Shown in pieces: positions 1 through 11,525 of a stretch of 37,912 bases of DNA. The position numbers and the translations under genes are program-made. The DNA is from Dirinaria sp. TL-2023a (lineage: Eukaryota), in contig JAVEBF010000057.1 in assembly GCA_051941275.1 (NCBI GenBank), positions 1-37,912 on the forward strand, read 5' to 3'. The notes under the pieces are model-generated. The model made no database searches, was not told the DNA's origin, and saw only the letters and a list, made by a program, of their open reading frames with translations. Each line of letters starts with the position of its first letter. Position 1 is the stretch's first letter.

Positions 1-19
1 CCTTTCCCCCACAAAAACG

Positions 20-570
20 AAACGAAGAGGGAAAAAAGAAGAAATAGAGGTTGATTCCTCAGACCAAAACAAATAAAGAAAAGAAAAGAAAAGAAAGAGA
101 CAATAGAAGCAAAGAAACAATAACTCCCCCCCTTTCCAATCTTCCTTTCCTTCCCATTACATTACCTTACCTTACATCCTAATTCACAAACTAAACTAAA
201 TCAAATCAGAAAAGAAAGAAAAACCCTCTCAAAATCCCAACCTCAACAGTTAGCTCCTTCCGTTTCTAAATTTTCTCCTCTGCGCTGACTGACTGGGCGA
301 GATTATCAGTCTTCTTTTCTCTTTTCTTGTACTTGCTTTTTTTTTTATTTTTTTTTTTTGATTGGCTTGTTTCATATAGGTAGGTAGGTAGGTGTATCCA
401 ACGGGACTTGGACTTGGAGGCAGGGGTCACACTCTCTGTGTCTGTGTCTGTGGGTTCGAGATCGATAATGGTTCTTTTTAGATTTTTCAAAGGGCGAAAG
501 CATGTATATTCTCTTTGGAAAGGGCAGAAGAGGAAGGAGGGAGGGATCCGTGGGGCGGTTTTTTTTTAAT
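20..570. repeat. Low-complexity, simple-sequence tract downstream of the Argonaute gene
   Basis: (AAAAG)n at ~75-97, CTTAC/ATTAC repeats at ~155-175, poly-T at ~336-359 and ~558-567, (TAGG)x4 at ~376-392, GGACTT and CTGTGT repeats at ~403-452. Confidence 0.75.
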
Positions 571-806
571 ACATGCTTTGATTTAATTCTGCTAGGTACT
601 TGACTAAGGTAATCTGGAGCAGGCAGAAACTCAAAGGGCAAGATCTAAGTACATGCTCGCTTGGTAATTTCAATGTCGCATGCTGAGCTTTATCGTGTCA
701 ACTGTCGCCAATGGCAAAGCAAAGGGGAGTATGGGCCTTTTTGTAGTCCAGCAACTTCCATCCATCCACTCCAATCCATCGCCACACCCACAATCACTTT
801 GCTCGC

Positions 807-3800
807 CTAGATGTACCACATGGAGAAGGCGATCTGGTTGGTCGCTTCCATCTGCAAGAGCTTGGCAGGCTCGGTAGATTTCTTCTCGGAAGAAGTCTCT
901 TCGCCGGAAGCCTCCCGAAGCTGTTCAGCGTAGGAGACGTTCTCGTGGGAGCGAGCACGATTGGATGCCAGATGGGCATAGTACACCGCAGGGACTAAGG
1001 ACAGATTAGCTAAACCTGAAGAGATAGCAGCTGGGCAACTTACAAAGTGAGACCGGAGTCGTTGCACGCATGTACTGGTACGAGTGCTCGTACACCATCG
1101 AGACAAGTTGGTTAGGGGGCACTCCCTCTTCATCCGCAATAACCTGGTAGTGAGTAGGACGAGCCGTGCCCTGGATGGCCGAGTGCGAGTTCAAATAGAA
1201 GTCATACTCGTAGGGATGAGTGACGTCTGAATCCACGACGACGCCAGGAACAGGATTGCCATTCTTGTCGGCAGCGGCAGACCCTGGTGCAGGGAAGAAG
1301 CGAATGTGGTGACGCTTCTCGGCAACGATCACCGTGAAGTTAACCTGCATTGAGTCAGGTTAGGCACATCCCAATAGTTGATAAAGACATCATATCTCAC
1401 CTTGTACTCCTTGTTGGTCGCAGACAAGCGATGAAGTAGAGCCTTCAATGCCGCAACCTCGTACATCATGACGTTTCCATACTGTGCGGCAGATACACCA
1501 TCGCGGAAGTAGTAGACATGTGATGGTAATCTACCGCCTCCGACATTCTGCGACCAGTGGTTGAATAAGGGCTCCATCATCGCGTCGATATTATGCGACG
1601 TGATCATCTCAACACGATGGGAGTTGGTCTGGCAAGCAGCCGCATAGCGGGATGCGTATTTGTCAAGACTCATGGTCATGGCTGCCATGGAAGGATTGCT
1701 AGCCCCGGGAGCCGCATGCGAGACATCGGCACCAATGATCATGGTTGGCTTGCTAAAGAAGCCTGCCATGGGATCCTTCGAGTTCTTTACCAGAGTCTTG
1801 CTGGTAGTACCTCCCAATTTGGCATTGAATTTCATGCATACGTTAGAATGGTATTGCGGATTGTTTTTATGCACATGCGCTCCTTGCATGCATTGAGACA
1901 CAATACCAAAACGACAATCGGAGGATTTCTTGATACGCATATAGTTATCCGCGTTCTTGTCTGGCAAAATAAAGACGAACATCTGAGGTCGCTTCTTGAA
2001 GTGATTACCCGTGCCGAAGAATAGTCCCTCGATGACTTTGCCAATGTCACCTGTACCCTGCATAACAAAAGGTTGGGGCTGCTGGACAATGCCACCGTGA
2101 CCCTTGTAGGACTGGACAAACGAGTTGATGAATTTGTCAACGATCGGCTTATCCGGGGAGTTTCGACCAGGAATGACGCAAACGCCCCAAGCGGTCAAAG
2201 GTGCGTTGTTAGGCAACAGGAATTGCTTATTCCTCAAGTCCCAGCGACCTGAGAACCCAGGGTTCGTCTTGTTGTTGCCCTTACCACCGAAAAGGATAGT
2301 GGGCGGGTCTAGCACACGCGCTTTGGTAGCCAGCTGCTTGGGCTCGATCTCGACTTCATAGTTCCTCAGGAAATTGTCGTTGCTCCAGTTGAGTAACCTA
2401 AGGCCCGCGTCGATAGACGCCTTTCGCTTATCGGGTCTCTCCACAGCAAATTTGATCATGGCAGCGGTTTGATCCTCATTGAGTTTGTAAGGGTACCGCT
2501 GACCCTTTGCCAGAGTGCAAAACTCCATTGGATAAACGACGCCTTTCTTAGTCGTCTCAACGAGAGGCAGTAAGGGATATTGCAGTCCGATATTGTACCG
2601 CTTCTGGTAGTATTGCTCGATAGTGACATCTTCTCCTTCTTCACCGGTGTTTCGGTCTTTGAGCTTGAATTTGTACTCGCGAGCGTTCTCAGGCATGATG
2701 CTCTTGATCGTCCAGACTTTCTCACCTGCGTATTGTTAGAGAATTTGGACAGCATCTACGTTAAGACCCCACTTACGTTCTCGCTGCGAACGATCCTTAT
2801 GAATGACATAGAAATCATTCTTCTTGAGCTTACGCAGCTGCACCATTACACTGGACTCTTGAAACGGCTTGTCTATGGCTGGCCGGACTTTCTTAGCCTT
2901 CTGTCCTAGGTCTTGTACGGAGTTGCAACCGGTCAGGTGCATTGCTGCGTTCATCAGGGAGCCCTCATTCCAGAAAACGGCATTGGAAACGTCCACATTG
3001 ACCACCAAACGTCCACCCTATACTCTGTTAGTAATGGTAACAACCATAAGATCAGGCATCAACTTGCTTGAGCGAATCGGATAGATTGATACACGCCCTT
3101 CATGGCCTCGACGCCGAAGCCCAGATTTGCGCGCTGAGCGGTGGTGCGGTCAAAGAAGGAGCGCCGCAGTGCAACATGAGTATGAGAGGGCGTCTCGCGC
3201 AGCAAGTGATCAAGAAACGTGACGGCATCAATGATCTTGTTAGATAGGTCCGTCTGGCCTTGAAGGTAGGCGCGTAGATCACTCAGTTGGAAATCCGTAG
3301 TCCGTCGAATGGTGACCCTAAAGGTGTTGGATGGTGCACCCGCGGGACGCGGACGACGATTCGGCTGGTCGAGGTCTGGATCCACTTCGATGCGAATTTC
3401 GCCACGTCCGTTGGTGACATCGCTCTTGTGCCTGCGGGTGTCAGCTGGATCGGTCTTTGCGCTGGTCAAGCGAGAACTCACCAAGCAAGCTTGTTGCCAT
3501 CGAAAATCACTCCAGGAGGCAATCTCGTCTTGACCTGGGGCGAGTTCCAGATCTTCTTGATCAAACCGCGCTTCTCAGTACCGCTCCCAATCGAAACCTG
3601 ATTACATTGTTACTCAACTGCCACAGTCAAATTTATCGCTCCGAAAGCCGTAGACTTACATCATACTGGTAGATCTTGAAGGTTGGGAACTTGGTAATTC
3701 GGTGCGAATTAATCGCGACTGGGGCTTCCTTGCCAACCGAGAATTGTGCGGGACGAGGAATGCATTTCCAACCTTCATAGTGCTGCAACCATGGATTGTT

Positions 3801-4868
3801 AACAAATGTTTCAATGAAGACCTCATTCTCATGCTTAGGTATTGAGCTGAGCGGCTTTGATGAGGTCTCAGAATGAGGCAGTACAAGGACTTGATCTCGC
3901 AGAGTAAATTGAGGCATGATGAAGATTGTCCAAACAGCTCACAAGAAGTTGGCTATGGTGAGAAAAAGATGTAGTGCTAGCAAAGGCACGAAAAGAAGCA
4001 GTGGCAGAGTTGAGGGTGGGTGAATGACCGAAGATGGTATGCCTCAGGTATGCTAATGTGCTTTCGAGGTAAGGTAGCTTACGTGTTGATGCTTGATAGA
4101 TGCTGGATAATGTGCTCAAGTGTGAGATAGGTGGAGGGCAGAACAAGTAGTGGATGATCGAGGTAGATGATGGAGGATTGATGCTGGATGCGAGTATGTA
4201 AGAGAGAAGGAGATGTGTGGAGGGAAAGCTCTTTAAATAGACAGGAATGCCACCTATCCAACACATCACCAGGCGTGAATGCTGAGCGCCGTGGTGAGGG
4301 AATTCCACTTTCTGGCTGCATAGTGAGGGAAGGTGATTGAATGATCTCACTGGGAAGAGGTCCGTGATAGATTGGAGAGGAAGAAAGGGATGAAGTTCTA
4401 CAACATTACCGAAACCGAGAAAAGGTGAAGGAGAAGGTGTTGGACGGGGATTCAAGGAGGTAGAGTATCAATCCGTTGTGGAGATTGACAATGGCACACG
4501 AGGTCACTCACCTTATCTTGCAAGCCGCCGTACACGTACGCGTTACCCGGCAAATCGATGAATCTAGCGGCGAAGCGATTCGCGGTAAGGTCAGGCAACA
4601 GGTTGGACGAAGTCCCTCGGATCTGGCTTGAGGAGCGCCCTTGAGATGGGCCTCGGGGAAGCTGCCCACCGGACGGCGGGACTTGGGAAGTTGAACGCCC
4701 ACGGCTCGTAAGGGCTCCAGAAGAAGATTCCCCAGGACCATCGAAGCTGCTCATAGGCACGGGCTGCGTAGAGACTGGGGGCTGGTTGCTACTCCCATTG
4801 TTTTCGGGGGCTTGCCCCTTGCCAGCTTGACGCGCATTCTGCGCACGCCGCTTGCCGGCTCCAGCCAT
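807..4868 (-). CDS. qde-2: Argonaute, QDE-2/Ago1-like (N, PAZ, MID, PIWI), ~1004 aa. Exons 4868-4512, 3782-3660, 3597-3482, 3431-3068, 3017-2777, 2725-1401, 1344-1044, 994-807
   Basis: PIWI motifs MIIGADVSH, YYFRDGVS, KRHHIRFFP, SHSAIQGTARPTHY, PAVYYAHLASNRAR and C-terminal MWYI. PAZ segment TIEQYYQKRYNIGLQYP..PMEFC; also GRWDLR and KFNAKLGG. All seven introns keep frame (3015 nt in total). Catalytic D, D and H residues are present. The gene symbol is a clade guess. Confidence 0.95.
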
Positions 4869-4876
4869 TTCAGATT

Positions 4877-5316
4877 CTACAGTAGGGTGGGAATCACGAG
4901 TTAGCGAGAGAGCTCAATAGACATTGTGGCATTGGGGGCCGTGAGTGTTAGTTTGAATGCTGAGGTTTCTTTGGGGATTATGGGGCTTTTACTTTGTGAT
5001 CTCGGACCTTGACGAGACTGTGACGATAGTGTAAGGAAAACGGTAGTGAGGTGAAGTTTGGAGCCAAAGGGCTCCGAGAGGTAGCGATATCGAAATCAAA
5101 TAACGCTGGTGGCAATGAGGGAGAGGAATGCGAGGTGCGAGGTGCAAGGTGCAAAGTGCAAGGTGCAAGGTGTGAGGTTTGAGGGGTGAGGGCGAGAAGT
5201 CATTTGATTTAGGAAGTGAGGAGTTTGTTGACACAACAAGGCGTGTGTTGCTAGGCGCGCTGGGCGATGGAGTAAAGTGAAGATTAGGGGTCTGATGATC
5301 AAAATAAGCGACTCAC
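4877..5316 (-). other. Predicted 440-nt 5'UTR intron of the Argonaute gene
   Basis: On the minus strand: donor CCG|GTGAGT at 5316, branch GCTAAC at ~4905-4900, acceptor CTGTAG ending at 4877, 8 nt before the ATG. I saw no ATG in the upstream pyrimidine-rich stretch (5317-~5700). Confidence 0.7.
5129..5184. repeat. Degenerate 7-bp tandem repeat (TGCRAGG) x8 inside the Argonaute 5'UTR intron
   Basis: Units read tgcgagg tgcgagg tgcaagg tgcaaag tgcaagg tgcaagg tgtgagg tttgagg. Confidence 0.85.
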
Positions 5317-7270
5317 CGGCAACGAAGTGATGAGGCAATCGAGTCCTGGTCTTGGAAGATGGTGAGCTTTGTAGTGAAGATGAAGAAGCAAGCTTGATTG
5401 ATGGAATCAAGCGTTGTAGGGTGCAAACTTGGGGTGAAGTGATGATTGGGCAATCGCTGTCCAGGTAGCCGATTGCTTGAAGGGTAAGGAGAAAGATGGT
5501 TGATGGGGAAAGTGGATTTGGTAAGAAAACTGGTGAACAGTGAGGAAGGTCAGAACACTGAGCAGGGAGAACGAGGGTAATGAAGAAGAAGGAGAAGTTG
5601 ATGGAAGGAGAGATGGAGGGTTTAAGTAGATGAGCAGGTAGGGGGATGGCCTGGGGATGGTTCGGAGGTGTGGTCCAGAGATGTTTCCGATTCACTGTTG
5701 AGGTTCCATATCACTGTAAGTGTCAGTCATTCGAAGTTGATCCTTGGATTTCCAACTATTCAACAATTCCTCAAGTTTGGAGTCATCAGCAGTTGTGCTG
5801 CACGTAAAACAAAGTTGATGTTGAGTGCAGAGAAATAAGTAGAAAGAGAGAGAAGTGGGAGACGACGTCGTGCATTCAGGCTTCTCGCACTACCCTAAAA
5901 AACAGGGGGATCCCGTCATCGGACAAGCAAATGGCTTGGCAATCAACCCTCATGTCTAGGGACAGATTCAAATGAACAAATACATATGCTACAGTATGGG
6001 CGGTTGCATTCATCGAATTCAGCTCAGTTTCCTAGGTGCTCTATGCTCTCAGTATCTAATCAATTCATTCATAACCAACCCAACATCACATTGGACTGGG
6101 ATATGATGCAGATAATATTGGACGATGAATGCTGGAAATCATCTAAGGTATGTTCGAAACATGGGGAATCTTCTCGATCAAGTTCTCGATCGTGCATAAG
6201 ATTGGAAGGGCAGCACATTCAAAACGTTTACCTGATCCAGTGTCAAAATTTTTCTACCATCCACGATATCTACGTACTTTCGAGATTGAATGATGTTTCT
6301 CCTCAAGCTACTACCTCATTGAACGAGTCCCAAGTATATCTTTTCGACTCTGAAAACGCTCATATCTCAACCGCCAAGCAGAATATCCACCAAATCTCGT
6401 AGACCCAAGACAAACCCCACAAATGTTCCTGCTATGGACGGCCCTCTGAAGTCCTGAGAAAGTGGATTGTGTGTACTTCTCTGTCGAGTAAGGCATTCGA
6501 AATCATGGTCTCAAAACTCGAACAACAACTATCGACAATCTGGTTGCGCAGGTACGAGTACAACATGTGTAGCAAGGCGGCTGCTCCAAGAACAACACTT
6601 GAAAAGATCAGCGCAGGGGCTGAGGGAGCAATAATGAACGCCAAACGCTGGGTGCGTCGTCGAAAGCACACATGGGTTCTAAAATATTATTAGCTAAGAA
6701 AGTACTATCTACCGTCGGATTGCAGGACTTTGGGCGCACGCAGAGAGAGACGAGCGCATCAGATTCGCTATTGATTGATCCTGTGGCTGAAATTTGAAGG
6801 CTACTATTGCCACCTGGATCGACTGACAAGTTGCAATGTGGCCATCTTTAGAATGCTATGAGATTGTTCTGCCTGATCACTGCAGCAACTTCAAGCCTAT
6901 GTATTCTCTTTGTGCTCGCATATGCCTGATGCTTGTCGGAGAAGAATGATTACCCACAAAACCTTCACCCTTGACACCTTAAATGCAACTGCTTATTGAA
7001 ATAAATGCAAATTGAACCCCAACCTGTCCGCTGCCCGCCAGCGAAAGCCTTACAGCTATGCCTCCAGCGGAATGCGACCATTCTGATACTCCCAAAGCGC
7101 CATTGTGTGTGAATCCCGAATGCCCAACATCTCCTTACGAGAACGCGGAGCCAGTTCGTGCTCGCGAGCATAATTAAGAGATTATGCCTACAGCGAGAGT
7201 TCTGGGCTGCGAATTGGAGATGCGATTCATTTGTTTTCGCGTAAACGGATCGAAGCTCATGGAACAGGGC

Positions 7271-10200
7271 TCATCGAGCATATGGATAATGACCTAGTGG
7301 CTTTGTTAACGCTTGAACTGCTGAACCTCGTCAAGAGCCCTTCTGAATCCAGCTTCCAGATGATCTCGAAGGGCGACCGCCTCCTCATCAGTGTAGGACC
7401 GGAGGTCAGAGAGATCTGGGGGAGAATTTGACGGTGATAGCCGAGCTCTGGAGTTCCAAAGTCTTCTGGGAGAATTTGAATGCGTGGTATTCGCATAGTT
7501 CGGACGACGAAAAGCCATATCCGAACTATAATCATTGCCGGCCACAAAATCTCCTCCATTACGTTGATATGTAGGAAAGGGTGATTGGGTTGACATAGGA
7601 AATGCGGGATACCCACTATTGTACTGCGCATACTGCGGTGGTGGCATAGGTGGCATTGGAGGCATGTTTTGGAAATGCTGCATTTGCTGCATGTGTGCCA
7701 CATGAGGTGGCGGTTGTGGTGATTGCTGTATATGCGGCGGAATCTGCTGTGGCGGCCCTCTGGCACCGGGTAGCGGCTTTAGCTCTAACACATTGTTGGG
7801 AATGTAGGTATCCTGCAAGAGCTTCACTATTGCTTCTGGCTTGTAATTTGGAGCGTAGAAGGTATTCGCTTTGGGGAGGATACTGAGGAAGAAGAGCACA
7901 TCACGTGGTAGAGAAGGCGGAGGAGGCTGAGGTAAGGAAGGGCCGTCATATTGTGGGGTGTTGGCTTTGCGGTCACGCTTATGTTGATCTAACCGACGGC
8001 CTGCTGCACCCTTGAGGGGTGACTCACCACGAGCCATTTTGTTAGGCCGCCCACTGTCCGTATCCGACTCGTCTAAGGGCAGTGGACGCTTAGGTGAGTT
8101 GCCTGTCTGAGCAGAGGCTTTTGGTGGCGTGTTCTGTTGCATAGATACTTCAATGCTCGGCATGGCGAGGGGCTTAGGTCTAGTCTGGGTAGCTGGAGAC
8201 ACAATTGGGCGGATTGCTGTCGGGTCGAAGCCCGGGGCGGTGAAGCGACGCGAGAAGCCAGAAAGCGTAGGATCATCAGGGAAGAGATCCTTGATGCGGG
8301 TTTCGAGCTTAACAATCTGTGCAAGCTCACCGTATCGAGATTCAAAATCGTGGAATAATGCATAGATCGGCTTGGCTTTGACCAATGTCTCCGGTTTCTG
8401 TGCCAATTTGCTGACAGCAGTTTCAAATACCGATCTGGCATCTGCAAGCAATGAGCGGCTTCATTTCAATGTAGACATGACAGACTTACTTGTATGGTCG
8501 TTGATGTCAATGAGATGCTTTATGTACTCGAGCGCAAATGCTTCGTCATCTGGAAACAGCTTGAGCCCACGGTCAAATATCTTTCGCGCGGCTTCCTGCT
8601 CATAGCAGTGGAATTCAATCATCGCGCTCGCAACGTAGACGTCACTTGTTACTCGTCCTTTCCTCCGTGCGTCTGTAAAGATTTGCCGTGAGCCACCAAT
8701 GGGATCGTTGACCTTGCCTTTGCCTTGAACACGCCGCATAGCTCGCATCAAAGCAATCCATGCATGGGTCAAAGTCTTGCGCAGAAGCATTATGTGCGAA
8801 GCAGTGCTATTTGTGACAGCTTCGATGCCAGCGGTTTTACTCATTTCCAGTTTGGCAAGGTCAGCTTCGTTGTTGTCGTCCTCGTCCTGGCTCTCTGCGA
8901 TTTTCGATTGCTGTTCCACCTGAAGCGCGTGCTGGGCTTCGATGCGTGCAATCTCCAGCTTCTGACGATCTTCGGCCTTAGTAATCAGTCCGTAAAGTGC
9001 GTCGAGGACCTTGTTATAAGGCTCCCGCACGGCGGTGCCCCTTCGCACGGCGGCTTCTGGACCTTCCTCGCCAGTTGTCTTTAGCTCAATGCGATCTGCT
9101 TGCTTGAAGGCGAGCAAGCAGCTCTCAGGGTTCGCAGCCGTTCCTTGGGTAAGGAATAGGTTGCCATCGGTATCCAAGCCTTCTGAGAAGCAGAACTCCG
9201 CAGCATCGAACCATAACTCGGGCCAAAACCTCATGGCCATTAACGCTTGTTGGTATGCGTAAATCACGCGCTCGCGGTAAGCTTTTCTATCCTCATCTTT
9301 CAATACAAGCGGATCTTCCTTCTCCCAATTGATCCATTTTTTCCACATGTCTAGCTGGCTCATATATTCCTCATGACCTTCAAAGCCGTACGCTGGCGGC
9401 AGTACGGGCATCGTGGTGCGACGTAGATTACGAGTGATATTCTGCAGTTCTGTATATGAGCTACGTGCAGTCATATAAGACGGCGAACGCTCTTGCAGGA
9501 ACTTCCGGCCCTGTGGAAAACAAGCATTAGCCATCTCAACGCGAGGACAAGGTCAGGTAGCGTACCGTCAATTTATTCAAGCCCATTTCGAACTGGTCAT
9601 ATTCTTTCCACAGCATACTGATCGATTGCGTTGGTATGCATATGACTTGCTGGTAAATTTTTCGTAGCTGGTCCATCTTCTGTTGCGATTGCCAGCTGTT
9701 GTCTCCAATGACTCCCGGCCAGCTCTTTACAAATTGTATATAATCCTGCCATAACTTCCCAGCATCTTTGTCTATACCAATCTTTCCCAAGGCGAACTCG
9801 TACGCGGAGTTGACGGTGCTTCGAGCAGTCCCACTGGGATCTGTCATGAGATTCTGCGTACGACGGATATGGTCAAGATACATAGACCACATCTGCAAGC
9901 TAGGAATCATGTTCAGTGCCCTATTGAATATGTCTTCTAGCCGAGTCCGATTCTCAGCTTCATTTTCCATTTGACCATAAGCCGCCCATTGTTCAGCCTG
10001 CGGAGTAGATCGCATTAGCGTTTACCGATGCCAATATGAGAGTCAAAGCTTACCGCCCAAGGGAATACACCGAAGAATCGCTCAAAGACATTGCGGGCTT
10101 CCTCGATCTTCCCACGCCTCCGATGTTCATCTATCAACGAAAGCCAAGCATCTAGATCGCCTCGCGGATCCTCTTTAATCCTATCCTCGAGGATGCCAAT

Positions 10201-10959
10201 TCGATCATGTGGTAAGCGAGTTTTGGGTAAGGTCTTTGTGGGAGATGTAGTTGCTTTTGACGCTGAGGCATTCTCCGCCTGCGTTGCTGATTGTGCCTTC
10301 TGAGGCTCACTGAGAGCATTACCTTGAGTGATGGCTGCAGGATCAGAAAGAGAAGGGAGAGTAGCAGAATCTAAAGGGGCAACGCCATTTTGAACAACTT
10401 CTGCAGATGGACGGTCTGGGACGTCATTTTGTAATAGTACATTTGAAGTGGAAATGCTATCAGGTAGAGTACTTGTAGCAGTAGGAGATGCTTGGCCTAT
10501 ATTGTCACCATTTGCCAACTCATCCTTGATAGAATCAGTGTGGACAACATTGGTATCTGTAACTTGGAGCTCGGAGGGCCCCCGGCCCTTGGCTGTGATT
10601 GTGGCTGCATCCTTGGCCGGCTGTGAGGAGTTTGGCGATATCGATCGAGACTGATTCGAGGTATTTGTATCGGGAAGATCCTGATGCGTAGCGTTTGCGT
10701 ATGATGGTGCCTGAACCTGGGATAGAGATGGCGAAAGCAACGCTTCATGCTTCACACGCACAGAAGGAGAGGGAACAGAGACATCTTGTGCACCAGTAGC
10801 GGAAAGGTCTACCTGCACCGCTGGGGCAGGATCATATTCGTCATCAGAATCAGAGTCTGCCTGTTGTTGGCTACCTGTCCCAACTACTCCTTGTACACCT
10901 GCTTGGTTCTGGTTCTGCATCGCCTTGATGAAGGCCTCCTCCGCTGCAGTATCCGCCAT
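7271..10959 (-). CDS. RNA14: mRNA 3'-end processing factor RNA14 / CstF-77 (HAT repeats). Exons 10959-10054, 9997-9566, 9510-8490, 8441-7617 and probable last exon 7293-7271; the intron-retained form ends at 7306
   Basis: RLPHDRIGILEDRIKEDPRGD, LWKEYDQFEMGLNKLT|GRKFLQERSPSYMTARS, WIALMRAMRRVQGKG, SDVYVASAMIEFHCY, FESRYGEL, ARGESPLKGAAGRRL, LPRDVLFFLSILP. The first three introns are canonical; the last intron is inferred. Confidence 0.95.
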
Positions 10960-11330
10960 GATAGCCTTTCAAGTCTTTGCTACCTCCAGAGATACGTGGT
11001 ATGAAGCTGAAGGCAAGCAGAGAGGGCGTAGGAAAGAGGTAGGTATACTTGCCGCAGACCGTAGTATGTAGTGGTGGGAGTGGCGATCTCGAAGAGGGAG
11101 AGTCTTAAGCTTAGATCGGAGTGCTGAGGAAAATGAAAGACTGGCAATCAAAGGCAAGGAGCGTCAGAGAGGGAGAGATGATGGATGGCGCAAGTTGTAT
11201 TCTATTGTTGCGATGAAGGCCTCTCGCCTACTTTACTTAGAGGTGTTTCCGCCGCAAATGACACTAGTGTTTTCTGGGGCTTGGCATTGTATTACATAAG
11301 CAGACCGCTTAACACGTGCAGGGATGCAAA

Positions 11331-11361
11331 ACGCGAAGTCATAAGGTAGAAAGCGCGACGC
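11331..11361. promoter_or_regulatory. CGCG-core (MCB/SCB-like) elements in the RNA14/ASF1 divergent promoter
   Basis: ACGCGAA at 11331 and GCGCGACGC at 11353, about 170-190 nt upstream of the ASF1 ATG. This would fit G1/S regulation of ASF1 (inference). Confidence 0.35.
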
Positions 11362-11525
11362 CCTGACATTATCACGGTTTATTACCATGTACCAGCTTAC
11401 TACGGTACCTTGATCTTCGAACAATCCAGGTCCACTGGTACAACTCAATCTTACCTTGCATCACAGACCACGGACATCGATAGAAACCCAATTTTATTCC
11501 ACGCAGTGTACTCCCGGCAGCAAAC

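Noticed and set aside
266..641. Lys-rich and other short ORFs on the minus strand
   Set aside because: They are translations of poly-T and microsatellite tracts with no protein-like signal.
3868..4455. 195-aa ORF inside the Argonaute intron
   Set aside because: TTG start and S/H/L/P-rich composition typical of pyrimidine-biased non-coding DNA; out of frame with Argonaute.
5129..5184. Tandem repeat as a CRISPR-like array
   Set aside because: Contiguous 7-bp units with no spacers, in eukaryotic context.
5096..5695. 199-aa ORF upstream of Argonaute
   Set aside because: GTG start and compositional bias; better explained as 5'UTR plus intron.
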